Assembly: GCA_902615835.1 (NCBI GenBank) | Contig: CACMQL010000002.1 | Coordinates: 7,952 to 71,951 of the forward strand | Direction: 5' to 3' | Source of the DNA: an uncultured Verrucomicrobiota bacterium | Lineage (GTDB): Bacteria; Verrucomicrobiota; Verrucomicrobiia; Opitutales; Seribacteraceae | Length of the DNA: 64,000 nucleotides | In this document: one piece after another, positions 9,862-20,268 of the stretch | How positions within the stretch are numbered: position 1 is the stretch's first letter | Layout of the letters: each line of letters starts with the position of its first letter | Made by a program: the position numbers and the translations under genes | Notes under the pieces: model-generated | What the model was told of the DNA's origin: nothing | Database searches by the model: none | Seen by the model: the letters and a program-made list of their open reading frames with translations, nothing else

Positions 9862-10589
9862 CCGGGCTTTCTAAAGACCATAAAATGTTGCTGTGGTAGC
9901 ATGGTTAGGGTTTTTTCCCATTTGAATCCGGCGACTTGCATTTCCAGTTTTGCCTGTTTTTCTGACATCTTATGGAGGAGTTTAATTGGCACACTTGGGT
10001 CCTCCATGCGATATTCAATCAAGATTAGTTTTCCTCCTGGCTTGAGGGAGTTAAGGATCGAGGTGGCCATTTCCAGGGGGTGGGAAAATTCATGATATGC
10101 GTCCACAATCAAGGCGGCATCAATACTGTTGGTGGGTAACTTGGTTTGGGTAATAGTGCTCTGGACGGGTTCCATGTTTGTAACTTTCAACTGAGCCATT
10201 TTTGCCCGCACCATACCAACCATTTGGGGGGAAATATCGACCGCAAATACTTTTCCTTCTGGCACTAGCTTGGCCATACGAAAGCTAAAATAGCCTGATC
10301 CTGCCCCAATATCGGCGATTTTATCGGTTGGTTTAAGGTCTAATCCCTTGACAAGCAGGTCTGTTCTTTCTTCCTGTTCGCGTTTCGGGCGTTCCAGCCA
10401 AGAAGCGCCCAAATGTCCCATAACTTTCGAAATTTCGCGACCCATGTAAAATTTACCAATTCCATCCCGTGTGGCTGTTCCGATCGTGTAGTGGCTCTTC
10501 TTTTCCTCGGCTTCTAATGGAAATGCCGAGAGAAATGATAAGGTTATTATCCCCCAAACGAAAAGGGTAATGAATTGAGCAATTTTCAT
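9858..10589 (-). CDS. Class I SAM-dependent methyltransferase with N-terminal signal/TM segment
   Basis: IADIGAGSGYF motif I, VDAYHEF, LKPGG; 4-bp overlap with the next gene. Confidence 0.88.
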   Translation of the reverse strand: MKIAQFITLFVWGIITLSFLSAFPLEAEEKKSHYTIGTATRDGIGKFYMGREISKVMGHLGASWLERPKREQEERTDLLVKGLDLKPTDKIADIGAGSGYFSFRMAKLVPEGKVFAVDISPQMVGMVRAKMAQLKVTNMEPVQSTITQTKLPTNSIDAALIVDAYHEFSHPLEMATSILNSLKPGGKLILIEYRMEDPSVPIKLLHKMSEKQAKLEMQVAGFKWEKTLTMLPQQHFMVFRKPG

Positions 10590-10673
10590 CCTTCGTTTCT
10601 TTTCTGAAAAACCCGACGAGGCAAATCAATATTGAATCTCCTAGGATGAAGAGATAGTAAAGGAGTTTCTAGT

Positions 10674-11543
10674 ATGAAAGTTATCAGAGCCAAAAGTGCC
10701 GGATTTTGCTGGGGAGTGGAACGGGCAATTCAAGTTGCCCGGGAAGAGTCAAAGGGTGGAAGTCGCACCGTTTACACGGATGGACCACTTATTCATAACC
10801 GTCAAATGATGGATGCTCTAAGCAAAGACGATATTCAGGAAGTGGGGGATTATCAGAGTAAAAATGAAATTAATCTCCAGGATACCGATAACAAGGAATC
10901 CGTCGTGGTGGTCCGGGCACATGGGATTTCTCCCCAACGGAGGGATTATTTGAAAGGTCTGGGCTTACCTTTTCGGGACGGGACTTGTCCGGATGTGGGC
11001 ATCATTGCCGGAAAAGTAAAATCTCATGCGGAGAAGGGCTACCAGATAGTTATTTTTGGCGATCCCGAGCATCCAGAGGTAATTGGTCTAATGGGATATA
11101 CCGATGGAAAAGCTCATGTGATCATGAACGAAAAAGATATCTCTAGCCTACCAGATTTAGGAGACAAGGTAGCCATGGTGTCTCAATCAACTATGTTTAC
11201 TCACGAGTTTAAACTCCTAAGCGGTTTACTTGCTGAAAAATATCCAGAAATGCTCATTTTTGATACTATTTGTGGAGCCACCAAAGAGAGACAGTCAGAT
11301 TTAGTGGAACTTGTAGAGGAAGGGGCGGATGCAATCGTGGTAATTGGTGGAAAACACTCTGCGAATACCCGAAAATTGGCCAAACTGGCCGCATCCCATG
11401 ACCGTCCTACTTTTCACATTGAAACTGCCGAAGACCTTGTAAGGACAGATTTTGACAGTGTTAAGTCCGTCGGGGTAACAGCCGGCGCCTCCACCCCGGA
11501 ATTTATCATCCGTCAGGTCTGCCAACGCCTCGAGGAATTTTAA
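10674..11543 (+). CDS. ispH: 4-hydroxy-3-methylbut-2-enyl diphosphate reductase
   Basis: AGFCWGVERA, RAHG, TCP, HPEV, TICGATKERQ, SANT, GVTAGASTP. Confidence 0.96.
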   Translation: MKVIRAKSAGFCWGVERAIQVAREESKGGSRTVYTDGPLIHNRQMMDALSKDDIQEVGDYQSKNEINLQDTDNKESVVVVRAHGISPQRRDYLKGLGLPFRDGTCPDVGIIAGKVKSHAEKGYQIVIFGDPEHPEVIGLMGYTDGKAHVIMNEKDISSLPDLGDKVAMVSQSTMFTHEFKLLSGLLAEKYPEMLIFDTICGATKERQSDLVELVEEGADAIVVIGGKHSANTRKLAKLAASHDRPTFHIETAEDLVRTDFDSVKSVGVTAGASTPEFIIRQVCQRLEEF

Positions 11544-11549
11544 TCACCC

Positions 11550-12977
11550 ATGGAAAAATTTGAAATACCTAATATTTTAGCTGACCGTTATGCCTCGTTC
11601 TCAATGGTTTCCCTCTGGTCACCCACAGGAAAAGTAATCTTGGAGCGGGAATTCTGGATCGCGGTGATGAAAGCCCAGAAAGAACTCGGGATCAAAATAG
11701 AAAAAAAAGCCATTGATCAATCGGAGAAAATCAAAGGTCTGGTAAATCTCGATTCCATTCGTGAACGGGAAATTGTGACCAAGCACGATGTCAAAGCTCG
11801 CTTGGAAGAATTTGCCCATCTGTCAGGTCATCAGCACGCCCACAAAGGAATGACGAGCCGGGATCTAACTGAGAATGTGGAGCAATTACAAACCCACCGT
11901 GCGTTGAGCCTGGTCCTTGAAAAGTCGGTTGCCTGTCTGATTGCCTTAGGGGAAAAAGCCCAAACTTTTAAAGAGCTCGCCATGACTGCCCGTTCCCACA
12001 ATGTGCCCGCTCAATTGACTACGCTGGGAAAAAGAATGGCCAACTGGGGCGAAGAATTGGGACACACCATGGAAAATCTTTCTCGTCTCTGTGCAACTTA
12101 TCCGTATCGGGGTATTAAGGGTGCGGTTGGCACAAGGCTCGATCAGCTCACTTTGCTGGGCAGTGCTAAAAAAGCCGAGCAGCTTGACCAAAAAGTGATG
12201 CATCATCTGGGTGCCACTTCCAAGTGGGAAAATGTGGGCCAGGTTTATCCTCGAAGTTTAGACTTCGAAGTGGTTGCTTTATTGGTACGGCTGGCATCGG
12301 CTCCTTCCAGTTTTGCGAAGACCGTCCGAATCATGGCGGGTCACGAGTTACTCAGCGAAGGATTTGCCAAAGGGCAGACCGGATCCTCTGCGATGCCACA
12401 TAAAATGAACAGCAGAAGCTGTGAGAGAATTAACGGATTTCATGCGATTTTAAATGGTTACCTGACCATGGCTTCGCAGCTGGCAGGAGATCAATGGAAC
12501 GAGGGAGATGTTTCTTGCTCCGTGGTCCGGCGGGTGATGTTGCCGGATGCTTTTTTTGCTATTGATGGATTGCTGGACACTTTTTTCACCATTCTTCACC
12601 AAATGGAGATATTTCCCTCCGTAATTGGTGCAGAAAGAAAAAAATACCTGCCTTTCCTGCTCACCACCACCGTAATGATGGAAGCGGTCAAGACGGGAGC
12701 CGGACGGGAAGATGCACATGCCTCGATCAAGGAGCACGCGTTGGCCACTGTTCGTGACTTGCGGAAAGGGAAAATTTCTGAAAATGATCTTGTTCAAAGA
12801 CTCGCCAAAGACAAAAGAATAGGACTTAAGATCACGGATCTCCGTAAAATCATCAAGCAGGGTGAAGTATCTGTGGGAGATGCGCACTCACAGGTTGAAC
12901 ATTTTCTTAAACGGGTCAAATCCTGGTCCGTTCGTTATCCGGATGCCCAAAAATACAGCCCTTCTGCTATCCTCTAA
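11550..12977 (+). CDS. purB: Adenylosuccinate lyase
   Basis: KHDV, HKGMTSRD, GSSAMPHKMN signature. Confidence 0.95.
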   Translation: MEKFEIPNILADRYASFSMVSLWSPTGKVILEREFWIAVMKAQKELGIKIEKKAIDQSEKIKGLVNLDSIREREIVTKHDVKARLEEFAHLSGHQHAHKGMTSRDLTENVEQLQTHRALSLVLEKSVACLIALGEKAQTFKELAMTARSHNVPAQLTTLGKRMANWGEELGHTMENLSRLCATYPYRGIKGAVGTRLDQLTLLGSAKKAEQLDQKVMHHLGATSKWENVGQVYPRSLDFEVVALLVRLASAPSSFAKTVRIMAGHELLSEGFAKGQTGSSAMPHKMNSRSCERINGFHAILNGYLTMASQLAGDQWNEGDVSCSVVRRVMLPDAFFAIDGLLDTFFTILHQMEIFPSVIGAERKKYLPFLLTTTVMMEAVKTGAGREDAHASIKEHALATVRDLRKGKISENDLVQRLAKDKRIGLKITDLRKIIKQGEVSVGDAHSQVEHFLKRVKSWSVRYPDAQKYSPSAIL

Positions 12978-13090
12978 GCAAGGAATTGGGCACGGGTATC
13001 CATTCCGATCATGGTAATTTTTGCGATTGCCAATTCGCCATTTTGAATGTGAGTTAATCCTTTGATCATTTTTTACTTCATAACTTCATC

Positions 13091-14353
13091 ATGGCAGAGG
13101 AATTAATAGGAAATTGTTTGGTAGCCCAATCGGGTGGGCCAACCGCCGTTATTAACGCGAGTGTGGCTGGGGTCGTCTCAGAAGCACTGAATCATCCCTG
13201 TATCGAAGAGGTATATGGAGGTATGAATGGCGTTCTGGGTATTCTTAAAGAAGACATTATGGATTTGGCTGAGGAATCTCAGCAAAATGTTCGCGGATTA
13301 CGCTACACGCCTGCCTCGGCCTTGGGAACCTGTCGTTTCAAATTGAAGCATGACCGGGAATATGAGCGAATTCTTGAAGTATTTGAAGCTCATAATATTC
13401 GCTACTTTTTCTATTGCGGTGGCAATGACTCACAGGATACCGCCGATAAAATATCCAAACTCGCCCAGTCCAAAAACTATTCTTTGCGTGTGATTGGGGT
13501 CCCGAAAACCATTGATAATGATTTAGTAACCACCGATCACTGCCCGGGGTATGGAAGCGTGGTAAAATATGTATCCACCATTGTGCGTGAAACCGCATTG
13601 GATCACGAGGCCATGGGTCAGCATGACCTAGTCTCAATCATTGAAGTCATGGGCCGTAATGCCGGATGGATTGCGGCGGGAACCACCCTTGCCAAAAGAA
13701 AGGAGAATCCTAATGATGCTCCCCATTTAATCTATCTTCCGGAACTGCCTTTTTCCAAAGAGAGATTTCTGGACGATGTCCAACGAGTCCTTAAAGTGAA
13801 CCGCTATTGCTTGGTGGTGGTCGGAGAGGGATTAATTGACAAGGATGGGAATTATGTTGCAAATAGCACCAATAGTCAGGATGCATTTGGTCATCAGCAA
13901 TTGGGAGGCATTGGAGATTTCCTCGCAAATTACATTGAAAGTAACCTTGCCGTAAAAGCCCGTTCATCCAAGCTGGGAACTGGTCAGCGGGCGGCTACCC
14001 ATTGTTCATCCCAGACTGATAATGATGAGGCTTTTATGGCAGGACAAGCGGCAGTCAAAGCGGCGATAGAGGGTGAAACGGACAAGATGGTCATACTGGT
14101 TCGTGCGGAGGGAGATACTTATGAATGTGAAACCGGCCTGGCTCCACTCTCTGAAATCGCGAATGGTGTCAAAGAAATCCCTGCTGATTGGATTTCTGAA
14201 GATGGAGTAAGCATGACCGCAAAATTTATCAAATATTGCCAACCTTTGCTGCATGGAGAAGTTCAGGTTCCTTATGAAAATGGATTACCTGCCTATGTCA
14301 GGCTTTCGAAACGCCGCATTCGCAAAGTTTTGGATCCTTTTTCTTTTGAATAA
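13091..14353 (+). CDS. pfp: 6-phosphofructokinase, probably PPi-dependent
   Basis: QSGGPT, GGNDS (Asp at the phosphoryl-donor position), PKTIDND, EVMGRNAGW. Confidence 0.88.
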   Translation: MAEELIGNCLVAQSGGPTAVINASVAGVVSEALNHPCIEEVYGGMNGVLGILKEDIMDLAEESQQNVRGLRYTPASALGTCRFKLKHDREYERILEVFEAHNIRYFFYCGGNDSQDTADKISKLAQSKNYSLRVIGVPKTIDNDLVTTDHCPGYGSVVKYVSTIVRETALDHEAMGQHDLVSIIEVMGRNAGWIAAGTTLAKRKENPNDAPHLIYLPELPFSKERFLDDVQRVLKVNRYCLVVVGEGLIDKDGNYVANSTNSQDAFGHQQLGGIGDFLANYIESNLAVKARSSKLGTGQRAATHCSSQTDNDEAFMAGQAAVKAAIEGETDKMVILVRAEGDTYECETGLAPLSEIANGVKEIPADWISEDGVSMTAKFIKYCQPLLHGEVQVPYENGLPAYVRLSKRRIRKVLDPFSFE

Positions 14354-14383
14354 TATCTGAGTAAAATTTTTTGAATTACAGTC

Positions 14384-15892
14384 CTAGCATTTAAGTAAAG
14401 CCGAGGCTATTTTTTGTTTGATCTCTTCGGTGCTTTCAAGACCGATTGATAATCGCAGAAGCTCCGGAGATAACCCTGCTTTGCTCAGCGTTTTTCGTCC
14501 GGATGCTTTTCCAATAAGTTGATAATGTGCAAGATAGATGTAGGGGCAGCAGAGTGAAAATTCAGTCCCAAAGCTGGGACTCTTCAACATGTCTAGGTTG
14601 TCGTAAAAATCCTTGAAATTTCCATCGATTTCGAAGCTTACGACACAACCGGGTTTATGGCACCCGGCGATCCTCTCGTAGTTTGCTCCGGTACTTTGCT
14701 GATAAGCCCAAAATACTTTCTTTATTTTGGGGTGCGACTCAAGAAAATTCACCACTTCTTCCTGTGACTGGTTCGTCCGATCGATAAAGTTGTTGTAAAA
14801 GGGAATTTGCTCCGCCATTCGTTCGATATCCCTTGAAAAAGGCTTGTTCAAATATTCTTCGGCTTTTTGCTTTATTTCCAGACCAATGAGAGAATTTTTC
14901 GGGAAAACTGCACTACCCATCATCACATCTCCTTCCCAATTTGCATACTTGGTTAAGCTATTGATAACGACATCCGCATATCTTGAAACTTTGGCGTTTT
15001 TGGGCGAAGCCATGGTTGGATCGGCTATCAGTATCGAATCATGACGGATGGTCAAGTCACGCAATTTCTCCAGATTGCAGGAGTGGAGTAGGGGATTACT
15101 GGGGAATTCCGTCACCACCCCTGCAATGTTACTGCCATGAGCAAGAAAAATTTCCTCCAGGGTCTCATATTCTTCAGGTGTATGAAGATCAATGATCTGT
15201 TCACGGGGTGCTCGGAGCAAGTTCATGATTTCAAGGGTGTCGAGATAGAGCCAGCCGATTCTTATCCAGATTTTCTTTTGCTTAATTCTCGATATTTCAA
15301 GGGCGGAACGAAAAACGGAAGTGAAGGCGTTGGCACCCGATGAGGCTATGATCACATCATCGGCATCAATTTGAGGTCCATGTGCTTTGGAAATGACATT
15401 TTTTATCTCTCTTTCAGCATGCAAGTTCGGAGTGATTGCCTCGGACATGACCGTTAGTCCAAGTGATTCAAGAATTTTTTCTGCATGGCGAGATGAGAGA
15501 CCGCATCCCGCATGCTGGAAGAATTTATGCAACTGCGAACTCTCTTCGGAATCGGGTTCTAACCCAGCAATAAGATAGTCTTCAACTTCTTCCGTACTGG
15601 CATCAGTGATCCTCAGAGTTTTGCTGGCAAAATCCCAGTCACGGGTTTTCGGGAAAAAGAATAAATCCTTGTTGTGCAGGGAAGGTGTTTGATTCCAAAA
15701 GTCTGCAAGCTGCTTAATTTTACGATGTCTTACAAAACGGGGATAACCGGAAGTCAGTCTTTGTAGAGTATCCGGTCTTTTTTCCTCATACCCAACGACA
15801 TCCTCTAATGTCGGCAAACTTACACAAACTGCGTGTTCTTTATTGGGGACTGGCGTGCCTAGCGGGAAATGACCGAGTCCGCTTACCTTCAC
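14384..15892 (-). CDS. PLP-dependent Cys/Met metabolism enzyme, long cystathionine gamma-synthase-like form
   Basis: GYPRF, SSGANA, EFPSNPLL, SLTKY, PSFGTEFSL..PY, LLRLSIGLE. Confidence 0.82.
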   Translation of the reverse strand: MKVSGLGHFPLGTPVPNKEHAVCVSLPTLEDVVGYEEKRPDTLQRLTSGYPRFVRHRKIKQLADFWNQTPSLHNKDLFFFPKTRDWDFASKTLRITDASTEEVEDYLIAGLEPDSEESSQLHKFFQHAGCGLSSRHAEKILESLGLTVMSEAITPNLHAEREIKNVISKAHGPQIDADDVIIASSGANAFTSVFRSALEISRIKQKKIWIRIGWLYLDTLEIMNLLRAPREQIIDLHTPEEYETLEEIFLAHGSNIAGVVTEFPSNPLLHSCNLEKLRDLTIRHDSILIADPTMASPKNAKVSRYADVVINSLTKYANWEGDVMMGSAVFPKNSLIGLEIKQKAEEYLNKPFSRDIERMAEQIPFYNNFIDRTNQSQEEVVNFLESHPKIKKVFWAYQQSTGANYERIAGCHKPGCVVSFEIDGNFKDFYDNLDMLKSPSFGTEFSLCCPYIYLAHYQLIGKASGRKTLSKAGLSPELLRLSIGLESTEEIKQKIASALLKC

Positions 15893-17151
15893 GTCACGAC
15901 TTCGTTTTCAATTAGTTGTTCGAAGGTTTGCCTCTTTCTCATTAATGATAAATTACCTTCCTGCTTTTTGATTATTTCAGCTGCCTCGGGAAAGGAATTG
16001 TAGTTTTTGGTAGTCATGGAAGAACAATATGCCCCAACGCTGTCAATCACGCAAAAATCATTAATCTCGCCCCGGACCAGGGGGCGGGGTGCCAGAGTCT
16101 CCGGATCTCCAGGGGCAGGGGTGAGCAGATCGCCGGATTCACAGCAATGACCCACAACCACTTGCTCTGCTTCTTCCCGCTCGGAAAGTTCTTCCGGATC
16201 GGGAACGATGTGGATCGGATGCTGTGCTCCGTAAAGGCTCGGTCTGAGGACTTCGGTCATGCCGGCATCCAATTTTAAAAAGCGATAGCCGCCTTCACCG
16301 GTCTGGGTGACATCCTGAACCGAGGTGACCAGACTGCAGGCATGGGCAACCAGAAAAGTACCGGGTTCCACTTCAAGTTTTAGTTTGCGCCCGGTCTCAG
16401 CCGCAAATTCTTCAATGATGGATTTAACGGACTGCCCGATTTCCTGCAGATCGGTGGCCATTTCATTGGGCATTCGGGCAACCTTAAACCCTCCTCCCAA
16501 GTTGAGCGTGTGTACCGTCGGAAAAGCACGCACAAGATCAAGACTCATGCCCGCGACTTTTTTCCAGACTTCAGGATCCGAACCCGATCCGATGTGAGTG
16601 TGAATCCGTTCCACTTCCAGACCAAGCTGGTGGCAAAGATCCTTTGCCTTTGCCAGATCGTCCTTCCATATCCCAAAACTGCTGGAAGGTCCTCCCACAT
16701 TTGTGCGGTTGGTACCACCGGAACCCGTGCCTGGGTTGAAGCGCAGACCCACGGGTTCACCAATTTTCCAACTGCCCAGTCTTTGGATTTGACTAAGCGA
16801 ACAAAGATTAATTTTCACCCCATCCTGAGCCCAGTAGCGGAAGTCATCCGCTAATTCCTGAGTGCTTAGCGAAATGGATTCAGTCCCGAACCCTGCCCGC
16901 ACTGCTCTTTCCACCTCAAAGATGGAACTTGCGTCTATTCCTAGTCCTTCTTCGTTGAAAATACGCAGAATGGCCGCGGTGGGGGCTGCTTTCATTGCAT
17001 ACCGGGCAAAAAGGCCAAACGCATGGGGGAAGGTTTTCAATTCTTGAGCCTTCTGGCGCAGTGTGATTTCATCATAAACATAGCTAGGGGTGCCAAACTC
17101 CATCCGGATTTGCTCAAGATTTTCGTAGGTTAAGAATTTCAGGTCGCTCAT
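15889..17151 (-). CDS. lysA: Diaminopimelate decarboxylase
   Basis: GTPSYVYD, YAMKA, HTHIGS, LNLGGG, EPG, CESGD, GAY. Confidence 0.93.
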   Translation of the reverse strand: MSDLKFLTYENLEQIRMEFGTPSYVYDEITLRQKAQELKTFPHAFGLFARYAMKAAPTAAILRIFNEEGLGIDASSIFEVERAVRAGFGTESISLSTQELADDFRYWAQDGVKINLCSLSQIQRLGSWKIGEPVGLRFNPGTGSGGTNRTNVGGPSSSFGIWKDDLAKAKDLCHQLGLEVERIHTHIGSGSDPEVWKKVAGMSLDLVRAFPTVHTLNLGGGFKVARMPNEMATDLQEIGQSVKSIIEEFAAETGRKLKLEVEPGTFLVAHACSLVTSVQDVTQTGEGGYRFLKLDAGMTEVLRPSLYGAQHPIHIVPDPEELSEREEAEQVVVGHCCESGDLLTPAPGDPETLAPRPLVRGEINDFCVIDSVGAYCSSMTTKNYNSFPEAAEIIKKQEGNLSLMRKRQTFEQLIENEVVT

Positions 17152-17213
17152 GAGAAGGTCTGACAATAAAGAGTCTGTCCATGGAGGCAAGCTTTCGGGG
17201 TTTATTGAATTTG

Positions 17214-17684
17214 TTACTCTTTGCCTAAAATCAAAAACTCCAGCTGGATACCATCCTTGTTCATTATCTTCCGGGAGATTTGTTTTTTAAAGGTGTTATG
17301 CCAGTCCGGAAAATACACATCACCGTCGAATGTGCGGTCAATGCGGGTTAAGTAGAGCCTGTCGGCCAAGGGGAAGGCTTCCTGGTAAATTGCCTCGCCC
17401 CCGCAAATCCAGATGGGCTTTTGGGTAGCCAAAGAGAGGGCCTGTTTCATGCTGTGGGCAGTTTTTGCGTGCGGAAAACGGTAACCCCGATCCCTGGTCA
17501 ATGCGATTAGTTCCCTGCCTTCGGCATAGGTTTCAAATTCCTGGTAACAGATTTTCCCCATTATCATTGCCCCCCCTGCGGTCGTTCTCAGGAAATAATC
17601 CCAGTCCTCCTGAATCGACCACGGAAGTTTACCGTTCTTTCCGATCACACGGTTTCGGTCGCAGGCTACGATCAGATTGATCAT
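17214..17684 (-). CDS. folA: Dihydrofolate reductase
   Basis: LIVACDRNRVIGKNGKLPW, IMGK, WICGG..IY, LYLTRI..GDVYFP. Confidence 0.93.
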   Translation of the reverse strand: MINLIVACDRNRVIGKNGKLPWSIQEDWDYFLRTTAGGAMIMGKICYQEFETYAEGRELIALTRDRGYRFPHAKTAHSMKQALSLATQKPIWICGGEAIYQEAFPLADRLYLTRIDRTFDGDVYFPDWHNTFKKQISRKIMNKDGIQLEFLILGKE

Positions 17685-17769
17685 CGGCTCGGGGCGTGAC
17701 AGGTAAAATCGCAATAAGTTTTCATCGTATTATCTGAAAACTTAAGTATGAAAGGAAAAAGGTGGATAA

Positions 17770-20268
17770 ATGCAAATGAACTCCAATCAGTTTGGTCAAA
17801 CGCTCGCACTGCCGGATTCCTGGCAACGAAAGGCTTTGAATTTTCTTCGTGAAGGAAAGGATGTCGTCCTGCATGCACCGACCGGGGCAGGGAAAACTTT
17901 TGTTTTTGAGCAACTGATTGAATCGGGATGGAAAGGAAAAGCCGTGTACACTGTGCCCACCCGGGCCTTGGCCAATGACAAGTTTCGGGATTGGAAGGAG
18001 CAGGGCTGGGATGTGGGGCTGATCACCGGAGATATAAGATTCCAGCCGCAGGCATCGATTGTAGTGGCCACCCTTGAGACTCAGCGGGGCAGTATTGCCA
18101 GGGGAGTGAGTCCGGATTTATTTGTAGTTGATGAATACCAACTACTGGGAGATCAGAGAAGGGGACCCGGTTATGAGGTGACCATTGCCCTGACTCCAAT
18201 CCGTACCCGACTCCTGTTAATGAGTGGGAGTGTCGCCAATCCGTTGGAGGTGGCGGACTGGTTACGGGGAATCGGGAGACAGGTTGAACTTGTTTCCGAA
18301 GGGAAAAGACCCGTTCCATTGGATGAAGTGTTTGCGGAAACTTTGCTCCGGCGTCCTTTCCGGGGAAGGAAGATTCGCGGACACTGGCCAAAGTTGGTGG
18401 CCGGTGCCTTGAATGCCAATCTTGGACCTTTGCTTATTTTTGCTCCCAGAAGGGCCGTTGCCGAAGACCTGGCCAGGCAACTGGCGACAGAGCTTCCTCC
18501 GGTAGAAACCCTGGAGTTGAGCCGGGAGCAAAAAAAAGTTGCCGGTAAAGAGTTGCAAGGTTTGCTAAAGCGTCGGGTTGCTTACCATCACAGTGGTCTA
18601 GATTACACGAAAAGAGCTGGTGTGATTGAACCGCTTGCCAAGGCGGGACAGCTTCAGGTGGTGGTCGCAACCACCGGTCTAGGGGCGGGGGTCAATTTTT
18701 CAATGCGTTCCGTTCTGGTCACCGACAGGGAATATCGGATCGATGATGAATTTGGACTTCTGCGGGCAGATGAACTTTTGCAAATGTTCGGTCGGGCAGG
18801 AAGAAGGGGGATGGATGACCGAGGCTATGTGATCGTGGCGCCCCGCCAAGCCCGAATGAGTGAGGCCCGGCCATTGAAACTGCATCGTTCCAAAACCCTT
18901 GACTGGGCCGCCCTGATTCGTGCCATGACCACTGCAGTCCGGCAAAACAAAAATCCCATTGAAGCCGCCCGCTGGCTGGCTGTGCGACTTTTTTCGGAGG
19001 AGCGGGTGCAGCTGGGCCTTGATTTAGCCTTGGGCGAGATTCCCCAGAAGGAAGAAGAGATTCACGATGAGAATATCGGAGAACGCGATGAAGTCGTTGA
19101 GATGCGAAATTCGGTGGGATTATGGGAGCGACGCAGCGGGCAGAGTAAGAGCAAGCTGACCAACGCCCTGGTCTTGTCGAAGGGGGAATGGGTCAATCCA
19201 CTGACTCTTCCTGAAACGCTGGATAAAGTTCAGGTTGGCAATCCCTGTCGTTTTGGTTCGAAAAGGGAAAAGGTGTACGGTCGCGAGCTGTCACTGGGTA
19301 TGTATCAGGACGAAGAATCGGGGAAACCGCCTAAAATCCTTTTGATCAAGTCATTCAGGAAACGTTTACGGGAGGTCACCGCAGAGGAAAATCCTAAAAT
19401 AAAAAAGAAATTCTCCAGGAAAGTTTGGCGACGCCAGGGGTTGGAAAAGGTATTTCGGGATTTTCTTCCTCTGGTCTCCAAGGGGGGAGAGCTGGTTGAG
19501 TTTGTGGATCGGGGAAAAGTACTCCGTGCACGTCTTACCTACGAGAATGCACTTGTCTTGGGCTGGAAAGATGCCCGGGGCAAGGTTCTGCTCAACCCGC
19601 CAATGCGGCGGGTGAAAAGAGTTTATGATTCTCCTTTTCGTAGCCAGGAAAAAGCGGCATCCAAGGACTTAAATAACCTTAGCCCCTCTGAAATTTGGTA
19701 TGAACTTGGTCTGATCAACCAGGATGCCCATCCGACCTTACGAGGCGAAATTTTTAGTTTTTTCTCAAGAGGAGAAGGACTGGCCATCGCGGCAGCTATT
19801 GAGGATGAAAAATATCCGCTCGAAGAACTGATTATTGACCTAGCTAACTTGCGTGCGGGGCATCGTTTTCGTGGTTATGCATCGAGTGAATCAAGATTGG
19901 CCATGCTGTGCCGTGAAACCTACGGTCTTCGTGACTGCCAAGGTTACCTTAAAGCGGGGTTGCCTGAAGAGTATGGTGAAGGTGCGATGGAAGTATTACA
20001 AAACCGCAAGAAATTTCTCCATGAATTGGAAGGAGCCTCTGATCTTCATAGCGGGGATATTGAGCGAGTGGAAATCGAGTGGAAAAGCCTGCTTTCCCTG
20101 GTTGCCTTTGCCCCGCCCCTAAAGGTAGCGAGATGGCAGGAACTTCAGGTGTTGGCGAGGGAAGTGGTCGGAGAAACCCATGCCGTGGATCATCTCCCTG
20201 AGCTGCCCGAACTTCTTACCCGGCAAAGGGAAAGGTTTGAAAGTGTCGGAACTGGGGCTATTGCCTAG
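17770..20268 (+). CDS. SF2 Ski2-like DEAD/DEAH-box helicase
   Basis: APTGAGKT, PTRALAN, DEYQ, MSGS, HHSGL, QMFGRAGRRG. Confidence 0.9.
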   Translation: MQMNSNQFGQTLALPDSWQRKALNFLREGKDVVLHAPTGAGKTFVFEQLIESGWKGKAVYTVPTRALANDKFRDWKEQGWDVGLITGDIRFQPQASIVVATLETQRGSIARGVSPDLFVVDEYQLLGDQRRGPGYEVTIALTPIRTRLLLMSGSVANPLEVADWLRGIGRQVELVSEGKRPVPLDEVFAETLLRRPFRGRKIRGHWPKLVAGALNANLGPLLIFAPRRAVAEDLARQLATELPPVETLELSREQKKVAGKELQGLLKRRVAYHHSGLDYTKRAGVIEPLAKAGQLQVVVATTGLGAGVNFSMRSVLVTDREYRIDDEFGLLRADELLQMFGRAGRRGMDDRGYVIVAPRQARMSEARPLKLHRSKTLDWAALIRAMTTAVRQNKNPIEAARWLAVRLFSEERVQLGLDLALGEIPQKEEEIHDENIGERDEVVEMRNSVGLWERRSGQSKSKLTNALVLSKGEWVNPLTLPETLDKVQVGNPCRFGSKREKVYGRELSLGMYQDEESGKPPKILLIKSFRKRLREVTAEENPKIKKKFSRKVWRRQGLEKVFRDFLPLVSKGGELVEFVDRGKVLRARLTYENALVLGWKDARGKVLLNPPMRRVKRVYDSPFRSQEKAASKDLNNLSPSEIWYELGLINQDAHPTLRGEIFSFFSRGEGLAIAAAIEDEKYPLEELIIDLANLRAGHRFRGYASSESRLAMLCRETYGLRDCQGYLKAGLPEEYGEGAMEVLQNRKKFLHELEGASDLHSGDIERVEIEWKSLLSLVAFAPPLKVARWQELQVLAREVVGETHAVDHLPELPELLTRQRERFESVGTGAIA

